Source of the DNA: Candidatus Nezhaarchaeota archaeon
GTDB taxonomy: Archaea; Thermoproteota; Methanomethylicia; Nezhaarchaeales; WYZ-LMO8
Assembly: GCA_030055465.1 (NCBI GenBank)
Contig: JASFYF010000001.1
Location: 698,447 to 762,446, forward strand
DNA: 64,000 bases
Direction: 5' to 3'
How positions within the stretch are numbered: the first letter of the stretch is position 1; each line of letters opens with the position of its first letter. The translations under genes and the position numbers were made by a program. Positions 57,384 through 64,000 of this stretch are shown here, one piece after another. Under the pieces are notes generated by a model. It had not been told where the DNA came from. It searched no databases and saw nothing but the letters and a program-made list of their open reading frames with translations.

Positions 57384-58475
57384 ATGGAGGCGTTTCCGCT
57401 AGCGGTCGATGAGCTCGTCAGGCGGCACTTCTCGGTGGTTGATTGGAAGGTGCACTACGGGGTGCTCCACTACGTGGTGGCGGACGAGGACACGAAGCTG
57501 AGGTTCCTGAGGCTTTACTCGGAGCTTGAGGGGATGGGCTACCTGCCGGTGCTGAGGATGGAGGGGGGAAGGAAGGTGCTCAGGGTGTTTAAGAGTCCTC
57601 CAAGGCGGAGGCACAAAGCCGCTTGGAACGTGGTTCTCCTCGCGGCCGCCCTGGCCACGATATCCTTCGCGGGCTACCTGTTTACGGCGAGCAGCATATA
57701 CGACGTCTTGGATCCGGCTTTCAGCGCCTACAGGCCACTTCATCTCGCCGCCTACGTGGCCTCCATATTCTTCGTGTTGGGGATCCACGAGATGGGGCAC
57801 AAGCTCGCCTGCCTGAAGCATGGCCTCAAGTCCACGCCCCCCTACTTCATCCCCGGCCCCCCGGAGATAGGGGGCTGCATGGGGGCAGTCATGATCCAGG
57901 AGACGCCGATAATCAATAGGGATCAGCTGTTCGACCTGGGGATCCTCGGCCCCCTCTTGGGCTTCTCGGCCTCAATACTGGTAACCCTCTTGGGCTTCTC
58001 CATGTCCTACCTGGTCCCATATGATCTGGTGGCCTCGTGGCTCGAGCAGGGGTTGATAGGGATTCTGCCGGCTGAGCCTCTCCTCTTCACGTTGATGAGG
58101 GAAGCGGTGGTTGGCATTGGAGGGGTGCCGCCGGGCCACGTGATGCTTATACACCCAGTAGCCTTCGCCGGCTGGGTGGGGATGCTCGTCACGTTCCTTA
58201 ACACCCTCCCCGCTGGCCAACTTGACGGCGGGCACGTGGCAAGGGCCATCTTAGGGGGCAGGCGGCACTTGTACGCATCTATAGCCGCTCTTATTGTGAT
58301 GGTTTTAACCGGGTTCGTCTTCATGGCTCTGGTGGCCTTCTTCGTCTTCTTCAGGGGGCACCCGGGCCCCCTGGACGACGTTTCGCCTCCTTCAACCGCT
58401 AGGAAGGCGTTGTTATTCCTTCTGTTGGCCATGTGTGGGCTGTGCTTCACGTCCATAACCTTCGCGGTGATCTAG
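57384..58475 (+). CDS. Site-2 protease-type (M50) membrane zinc metalloprotease
   Basis: HEMGHKLA (HExxH) within a TM helix. Multi-TM protein with LDGG motif. Confidence 0.7.
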   Translation: MEAFPLAVDELVRRHFSVVDWKVHYGVLHYVVADEDTKLRFLRLYSELEGMGYLPVLRMEGGRKVLRVFKSPPRRRHKAAWNVVLLAAALATISFAGYLFTASSIYDVLDPAFSAYRPLHLAAYVASIFFVLGIHEMGHKLACLKHGLKSTPPYFIPGPPEIGGCMGAVMIQETPIINRDQLFDLGILGPLLGFSASILVTLLGFSMSYLVPYDLVASWLEQGLIGILPAEPLLFTLMREAVVGIGGVPPGHVMLIHPVAFAGWVGMLVTFLNTLPAGQLDGGHVARAILGGRRHLYASIAALIVMVLTGFVFMALVAFFVFFRGHPGPLDDVSPPSTARKALLFLLLAMCGLCFTSITFAVI

Positions 58476-58476
58476 T

Positions 58477-59169
58477 GTGTCGAGGCGCGGGGACCTTAAG
58501 CTGAGGGTAATCGAGGAGATTGCGCGCTGCGGGGCGCTGGTGTTCGACGAGGTTAAGCTCAAAAGCGGGAGGACGTCCCCCTTCTTCTTCAACGTGGCCC
58601 GGATGTTCAATCCCAGAAGCCTTGAGGTTCTGGGCGAGGCCTACGCCACATCCATAGTTGAGCTGCTGGGCCCCGGGGGCTTCGACGCTGTCTTCGGCCC
58701 CTCCTACAAGGGTGTGCCCCTCGCGGTGGCGGCCAGCCTGAAGCTGATGCAGCTCTACGGGGTGGAGAAGCCGGTGATATACGATAGGAAGGAGGTTAAG
58801 GGCTACGGCGCTAAGGGCGACGAGTACCTTGTGGGTCCTTGGGGCGGCGCCTCTAGTGTTGTCGTCGTAGACGACGTGTTGACGACGGGTTCAACGAAGA
58901 TCCACGCCAAGAAGGTCCTTGAGGGGATCGGCTTGAAGGTCGCGGGGGTTGTTGTGCTGCTGGACAGGAACGAGCTTGAAGGCGGCGTGCCGGCCTCCGA
59001 GGTTTTGAGGCGCGGCGGCTTAAGGTACTCAGCCGTGCTGGAGGCCGTGGAGCTGTTCCGCGCCTTGTGGTTGAGAAGGGATAGCCTCGGGTTGGAGGCC
59101 TCGGCCTTCAGGAGGGTGGAGGAGTACTACGAAGTTTACGGCGCGAAGAGGCTACTCCTTGACGTATAG
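58477..59169 (+). CDS. pyrE: Phosphoribosyltransferase (orotate PRTase-like)
   Basis: PRPP-binding [13 protein letters not shown]. Confidence 0.6.
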   Translation: MSRRGDLKLRVIEEIARCGALVFDEVKLKSGRTSPFFFNVARMFNPRSLEVLGEAYATSIVELLGPGGFDAVFGPSYKGVPLAVAASLKLMQLYGVEKPVIYDRKEVKGYGAKGDEYLVGPWGGASSVVVVDDVLTTGSTKIHAKKVLEGIGLKVAGVVVLLDRNELEGGVPASEVLRRGGLRYSAVLEAVELFRALWLRRDSLGLEASAFRRVEEYYEVYGAKRLLLDV

Positions 59170-59709
59170 GACGCCGAGCTCTTTAAGCTTCTCGTAGATC
59201 TTGTTGACGGCTCTCTTCACGTCCTCCTCCTTCTTGGCCCCGGTGACAACCATCTTCCCGGAGCTGAAGAGCAGCATCACCACGCCCTCATCCTCCATCC
59301 TGTATATTAGGCCCGGAAACTGCTCGGGCTCGTACATGGCGTTCTCGAGGAGGTAGGCTGCCTTCTCCAGGTTTATCTCGGCGTTGAGGTTGGCCGAGGC
59401 GACTATGTTCTGTATCTGTATCTTCGGCTCCCCCACTATGACTATCTTGTGCGCCCTAAGCTCCTGGATTATCTTCCTCACGGTCTTGTAAACGTCCTTC
59501 TCGGATTTCCCCCCGGTGCATACCATCTTCCCCGAGCTGAAGATGAGGGTGGCCGTCTTGGGCCTGTCCAGCCTGTAGACGAGGCCTGGAAACTGGTCCG
59601 GGTTGTACTCGGCCTTGAAGACCGCTCCGGCGATGGCGTTCAGGTCTATCGTCTGGTTTAGGGTTACGGAGGCGACGACGTTCTCTATCTTGTAGCGGGG
59701 CTTCGCCAA
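59152..59709 (-). CDS. tbp: TATA-box binding protein
   Basis: Direct repeats: [10 protein letters not shown]...FPGLVYRL...[12 protein letters not shown] and [10 protein letters not shown]...FPGLIYRM...[12 protein letters not shown]. Confidence 0.9.
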   Translation of the reverse strand: MAKPRYKIENVVASVTLNQTIDLNAIAGAVFKAEYNPDQFPGLVYRLDRPKTATLIFSSGKMVCTGGKSEKDVYKTVRKIIQELRAHKIVIVGEPKIQIQNIVASANLNAEINLEKAAYLLENAMYEPEQFPGLIYRMEDEGVVMLLFSSGKMVVTGAKKEEDVKRAVNKIYEKLKELGVLYVKE

Positions 59710-59774
59710 AAGCTACCACCTTAAAAGCTTTTCCACCTTAAACAAGTTAAAGGTATTTAAGCCCTTTTTAAACC

Positions 59775-60338
59775 TTAGCCTTCCGGGCCCGCCTGTCCCT
59801 CCCCGCCTTCGCCATCGTTTCTGCCCTTCTTAGATGGCCAGAGGGCTACGGCCACGAGCAGGGCCAGCAGAACCCCTATTATCGCGTACTTGTAGGGTAT
59901 TAGCGCGTCGAGGAGGCCTCCGGCCCTTGGAAGTATAACCCCGACAACCCTGCCGACAACCCTATCCTCCGGCACGGGCATCGGGTCCGGCACCGGGTTG
60001 TTGTCACCCTTGGTCGTGAAGAAGAGCCTTCCGCCTTCAACCGCAACCCCTATGATCCTGTGGATTATCAGGCCGTTGCTGGCCCTGTACACTATTACGT
60101 CGCCTACCTTCAGCTCCGAGGGCTTAACGCCCACGACGAGCACTATGTCTCCGTCGTAGAATGTGGGCTCCATGCTTCTCCCGTCCACGACCGATATCGG
60201 CGTGCTCGTTCCCGCAGCCACCTTTATGCCCTCGCTGAACGCGAAGACGACCGCCACTATCAGCGCTAACATGGCGAGCTCCCGGTAAACCTTGGATTTA
60301 ACCATGCATAGAGCCCCTTCAAGCTTTGGTGGTACCAC
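59775..60338 (-). CDS. Signal peptidase I (archaeal Sec11/SPC21 type)
   Basis: VVDGRSMEPTFYDGDIVLV with N- and C-terminal TM helices. Confidence 0.75.
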   Translation of the reverse strand: MVPPKLEGALCMVKSKVYRELAMLALIVAVVFAFSEGIKVAAGTSTPISVVDGRSMEPTFYDGDIVLVVGVKPSELKVGDVIVYRASNGLIIHRIIGVAVEGGRLFFTTKGDNNPVPDPMPVPEDRVVGRVVGVILPRAGGLLDALIPYKYAIIGVLLALLVAVALWPSKKGRNDGEGGEGQAGPEG

Positions 60339-60413
60339 ACACTTTTAGCTCAGGCTGCTAATAGGATTTACCGGTGTGGAGAATTGGAGGATAGGCTTAG
60401 CAGCCTGCTGGCT

Positions 60414-60547
60414 ATGAGGGAGAGGGTTCTCCCCGCGCCCGTCGAGTCCATGATGATAAGCGACGTGATACCGCTCTTAGCCTCGATAAAGAAGGACTTG
60501 GAAGAGGTTAAGTCCAGGCTCGCCAGGATAGAGGAGAAGCTGGGCTG
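60414..60547 (+). CDS. Small charged helical ORF (44 aa; MRERVLPAPVESMMISDVIPLLASIKKDLEEVKSRLARIEEKLG), preceded by an 11-bp perfect inverted repeat
   Basis: Hand-translated. Heptad-like charge pattern. Lies just upstream of trmI. Confidence 0.25.
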
Positions 60548-60563
60548 AGGAAAGGGTTTCCTC

Positions 60564-61346
60564 ATGGCCTTAAACGAGCTTGGAGACGACCTCTCCGAGG
60601 GGTCCCCGGTGGTCCTGTACCTGGACGGCAAGCGGAGGTACTTGACCTCGGTTGAGAGGGATAGGAGGCTGCACACCCATAAAGGGTACGTGGAGCTATC
60701 CGACCTCATAGGCTTGAGGTACGGGTCGAAGGTTAAGTCGAGCACGGGCGTGAGCTTCGTAGCTCTTCAGCCCACGATATGGGACTACGTGATGAAGGCT
60801 CCCAGGAGAACCCAGGTCATGTACCCCAAGGACATAGCCCTCCTGGCGTTCAGGCTCGGCTTGAGGCCTGGGATGAGGGTTGTTGAGGCGGGCACGGGGA
60901 GCGGGGCGTTGACGTGTGCGCTGGCCTTCTTCGTGAGGCCGGGCAAGGTCTACAGCTACGAGGTTAACCCGGAGTTTCAGGCTGTAGCCAGGAGAAACAT
61001 AGAGAGGGCGGGGCTGCTGGACAGCGTGGAGCTGAAGTCGGGTGACGTGACGCAGGGGATAGAGGAGGTGGAGGTGGACGCCGTGGTTCTCGACATGGCC
61101 ACCCCGTGGCTCGTGGTGCCCCACGCCTACAGCGCTTTGAGGGGTGGAGGCCACTTCGCAAGCTTCAGCCCAACGATAAACCAGGTGGAGAAGACGGTTC
61201 TGGAGCTTAGGAGGCGGGGCTTCGTCGACGTTAAGTCCTACGAGCTCCTCATGAGGGAGATAAAGGTTGAGGAGGGGGCTGTTAGGCCCGAGACGATGAT
61301 GGTTGGACACACGGGCTACCTCACCTTCGCGAGGAAGGCGCTTTAA
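60564..61346 (+). CDS. trmI: tRNA (adenine-N1)-methyltransferase TrmI (Gcd14 family)
   Basis: GMRVVEAGTGSGALT SAM motif plus the N-terminal Gcd14 domain. Confidence 0.75.
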   Translation: MALNELGDDLSEGSPVVLYLDGKRRYLTSVERDRRLHTHKGYVELSDLIGLRYGSKVKSSTGVSFVALQPTIWDYVMKAPRRTQVMYPKDIALLAFRLGLRPGMRVVEAGTGSGALTCALAFFVRPGKVYSYEVNPEFQAVARRNIERAGLLDSVELKSGDVTQGIEEVEVDAVVLDMATPWLVVPHAYSALRGGGHFASFSPTINQVEKTVLELRRRGFVDVKSYELLMREIKVEEGAVRPETMMVGHTGYLTFARKAL

Positions 61347-61489
61347 GCGCGCCCCGCCCAGCGCGGGCCTCCTCGTCGAGCAGAAAAACTAAAGTATGCT
61401 GAACCTCGAGAATACTTCGAGGCAAGCCCTTCTCGGGCCCTTAGGCGGCGATCGCGCGTGCGCTTAAGAGCTCAACAAGTCCCTGAGGG

Positions 61490-62026
61490 GTGCCACCCTT
61501 GGATAGGGGAAGCTTGGTAAGCCTCATCGTATCCCTGCTCTCCGCCGCGGCAATCTTCGGGCCTGTTGTCTACGGGTTAGGCGAGTACGGCTGGGATCTC
61601 CGCTCAATCGTCACCCCATCCTATGAGCCTCCGGGGATGGGCATCCACGTTGACTTCGCCGGGCTGAGGGTTGAAGGAGACGTCCTTTACGTAACGTTCG
61701 CTTTGAGGAACACCGGCGAGGTGGAGGTTGACCTAACGGACGTGGAGGGCGTGGTCCGCGACCCTGATGGAGCCGCCGTAGCGGGTTTTTCCCTTGTGGA
61801 GCCGGTGGGCGCTGCGCCCATGTCCTCCAGCGAGTTCACCTTGGAGGTGAGGGTGGATGAACAGCTCATAGAGGCAGTGGGGAGCTGCCTTTCCGAGCGG
61901 GGCAGCGCGACGCTGACGGCTGAGGGCACAGCCACCTTCGCCGTGCGCGGCGCGAGCGCCTCCGTCCCGTTCACGGCTCCGATAACCCTAAGCGAAGATG
62001 ACGTGAGGGCGTGGGGTTGGCTTTGA
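61490..62026 (+). CDS. Hypothetical protein with N-terminal signal/TM segment
   Basis: Hydrophobic N-terminus LVSLIVSLLSAAAIFGPVVYG. Confidence 0.35.
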   Translation: MPPLDRGSLVSLIVSLLSAAAIFGPVVYGLGEYGWDLRSIVTPSYEPPGMGIHVDFAGLRVEGDVLYVTFALRNTGEVEVDLTDVEGVVRDPDGAAVAGFSLVEPVGAAPMSSSEFTLEVRVDEQLIEAVGSCLSERGSATLTAEGTATFAVRGASASVPFTAPITLSEDDVRAWGWL

Positions 62027-62610
62027 TGGGCATCGCCGAAGCCCTCTCCCTGAAGGGGAGGGTTAACCTGCTTGGGGTTCTGGGCGCAGCCCTCCTGTTC
62101 TACGTGGCCCTCTCGGGTGGGCCGTGGTGGATAGTGGTTGGCGGCGCAGCCGGCTTCCCAGCGTTCTCCGTTGCCCTGTCGCCCTTCACGTGCTCCATTG
62201 ACGTGCTTGGAAGGCCCCTAACCATACCCATAGTGCCCTACTTGCTCTTGGCCGCCAAGCTGAGCGTGCTCCTAGCCGCTGCGTCAACCCTTGCGGGGTC
62301 GCTCCTCCTGTCTAGGTCCTGGTCGAGGCCCTTGATGAGCACTAAGGGGTTCACCGTGCCTTTTCTGTTCGTCCTCATGCTCTTCCTGGGGCTTCAGGCG
62401 GCGCAGGCCTTCGGCTTAGCGCTTCCGCTTCACGGCTCCTCCACGCTGAGCTACCCATTCTTCTTTGGGGGGTTCAACGTTGCGCTTGCGGTGCCCGTGC
62501 ACGCCGAGCTTACGGGGGAGTACTGGCTTGCGCTGGCCGCCGGGGCGGTGACGCTTGCGGCTAAGCTCGTCCACGGGAGGCTTCGCGGAGCTGCTGGATC
62601 GCGTCCCTGA
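62011..62610 (+). CDS. Hypothetical polytopic membrane protein
   Basis: Multiple hydrophobic segments. Overlaps the preceding ORF. Confidence 0.35.
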   Translation: MGLALMGIAEALSLKGRVNLLGVLGAALLFYVALSGGPWWIVVGGAAGFPAFSVALSPFTCSIDVLGRPLTIPIVPYLLLAAKLSVLLAAASTLAGSLLLSRSWSRPLMSTKGFTVPFLFVLMLFLGLQAAQAFGLALPLHGSSTLSYPFFFGGFNVALAVPVHAELTGEYWLALAAGAVTLAAKLVHGRLRGAAGSRP

Positions 62611-63340
62611 TCTCCCTTGCCTTCTCCCCGGGCCTCTCGCTTGCGCATATTGCTCTGCCAACTATCACGTAGGACGCCCCAGCCCTCACAGCCTCTACGG
62701 GGTTTCCTCCTTGAGCCACGGCTCCCGGCGAGAATATAGGCTTGCCCCCCACCACGTTCTTAGCTTGGGCTATGGCCTCCGGCCTCGTGGCGCCAACTAT
62801 GAAGCCGTCTGCACCCCACCTCAGCGCCCTCCTAAGGAAAACCCTGTGGAGCTTGTCGAAGGAGCCAAGCTCCTCGTCGTAGACGACCATGTTGAAGAAC
62901 TCCTCCGCCCCTCTGTGACTCATGTAGGCTACGGCCAGGATCCCCCTGTCCTCCCCCTCCGCCAGCTTGAAGACCTCTTCAAGCCCCTGAGACCACCCGG
63001 CAAGCGGCATCACGGTTAAGGCGTCGAAGCCGGCTTCGAAGTATAGCGACGCCTCAACCCTGTTGGTTGACCCTATATCGCAGGACTTGCAGTCGGCTAT
63101 CGCGGGTAGGCCCAGCTCGTGCGCCCTCTCCACAAGCCTCTTAACTGCCCGTAGCCCTTGGGGGAGCACCAGGTGCTTGTTGACCTTCACGGAGCATATG
63201 AAGCTGCCCGCCTCCTCCAGTATTTCTTCAGCCCTCTCAAGGGGCTTCGGGCCCTCCACGTCCAGCGCGAGCACAATCCTGCTGCCGTTTCTGGTTGAAG
63301 CCCTCTCAACGGCCTCCAGGAAGTAGCTGCCGGCCATCCT
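62561..63340 (-). CDS. pyrF: Orotidine 5'-phosphate decarboxylase
   Basis: RIVLALDV, DCKSCDIGSTN (K-x-D-I-G). The start is placed at the internal Met (MAGSYF); the track ORF extends to 63427. Confidence 0.7.
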   Translation of the reverse strand, partial: RMAGSYFLEAVERASTRNGSRIVLALDVEGPKPLERAEEILEEAGSFICSVKVNKHLVLPQGLRAVKRLVERAHELGLPAIADCKSCDIGSTNRVEASLYFEAGFDALTVMPLAGWSQGLEEVFKLAEGEDRGILAVAYMSHRGAEEFFNMVVYDEELGSFDKLHRVFLRRALRWGADGFIVGATRPEAIAQAKNVVGGKPIFSPGAVAQGGNPVEAVRAGASYVIVGRAICASERPGEKAREIRDAIQQLREASRGRA

Positions 63341-63440
63341 CCTCAAGGTAAAGGAGATAAGCCCCCTGGATTTATTGTTATTGGGCGATGAAGAGGGCAG
63401 GTATTGTTGAGCGGTGAAAGATGACACCAGGACGGAGCCC

Positions 63441-64000
63441 TCAACGCGTTAAGGCTGAGAGGAGCAGCGGAAGCGCTATCGTGAAGTCGCAGTACACCGT
63501 GCAGTGCTTGGCCTCCTCGGAGAGCTTGCTCCAGCTCACCGCCTCCTCAAGCGTCGCGCCGGAGAGCCCCCCGTAGTGGGGGGGATCAACCGTTATCTGC
63601 ACGGCGTAGTCGAACGGCTTATCCGCTACGAGCGCCGACTGCAACGCGAAGTTCTTGGGGGTTCCCCCTCCCACTATTAGTATGCCCGTCTTCGCATTTC
63701 TCTTCTTCGCGTCGAACTGGAGGCCCACCATGTAGTCTAGGTCCAAGCTCTCCACAACCCTCAGCCTCCTCGTCTGGGTGAGGCTCCAAACCTGGACCCC
63801 TATTATCGAGTCGTAGAAGGCCGGCACAACCACGTCGCAGCCGCTTATGGCCGCCTGCCTGAGAAGGCAGCCCTCATCGTTGAGCTTCAAGCCGACGCGC
63901 CTGAGGAAGCTGTATGTTGAGTACTCCCCATCCTCCATTGAGTCCAGCACCTCCCGGAGCCACCTCTCAAGGAGCTGGAATCCCCTGACGTCCACGGCAA
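63441..64000 (-). CDS. dys: Deoxyhypusine synthase (C-terminal part; gene continues past the window end)
   Basis: GILIVGGGTPKNF and DYAVQITVDPPHYGGLSGATLEEAVSW are the DHS signature. Confidence 0.7.
   Translation of the reverse strand, partial: AVDVRGFQLLERWLREVLDSMEDGEYSTYSFLRRVGLKLNDEGCLLRQAAISGCDVVVPAFYDSIIGVQVWSLTQTRRLRVVESLDLDYMVGLQFDAKKRNAKTGILIVGGGTPKNFALQSALVADKPFDYAVQITVDPPHYGGLSGATLEEAVSWSKLSEEAKHCTVYCDFTIALPLLLSALTR

Noticed and set aside
1-64000. Search for mobile elements, integrases, transposases, cas genes, toxin-antitoxin or other defence cassettes
   Set aside because: No ORF with recognisable integrase, transposase, Cas or restriction-modification motifs. Gene content is housekeeping throughout and GC composition is uniform apart from short AT-richer promoter regions.

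Overview
Archaeal core-genome segment, about 58% GC, dense and housekeeping-dominated. The combination of an archaeal histone with crenarchaeal-type information-processing genes suggests a Thermofilum/Thermoproteales-like organism; this attribution is inference only. Main content on the minus strand: ribosomal protein operon uL3-uL4-uL23-uL2-[uS19]-uL22-uS3-uL29, IleRS, a PriS/PriL/PCNA/Gins15-like replication cluster, TFS, RpoL, Csl4, Dph2, PEP synthase, a YchF-like GTPase, GAPDH/PGK, NrdD, thermosome and TBP. Main content on the plus strand: ABCE1, FBP aldolase/phosphatase, AglB, SRP54, Pus10, RpoF-DUF655-KsgA-HemK-SpoU-L10e, RNase P protein subunits and LeuCD. One tRNA-Ser(TGA) was found. 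No rRNA, integrase, transposase or cas genes were seen, and no obvious accessory island. The features that stand out are: (1) rps19 sits on the opposite strand inside the otherwise collinear S10-type ribosomal operon, with its own TATA box; (2) an orphan CRISPR-like mini-array of two perfect 29-bp repeats around one 36-bp spacer between the histone and S17e genes; (3) a polypurine tract encoding a 24-aa peptide made only of Glu and Trp, with its own promoter-like TATA, upstream of a truncated TFS paralog; (4) several unexplained, structured intergenic regions that may hold ncRNAs. All calls rest on reading the six-frame translations and the sequence by eye; no database searches were run.
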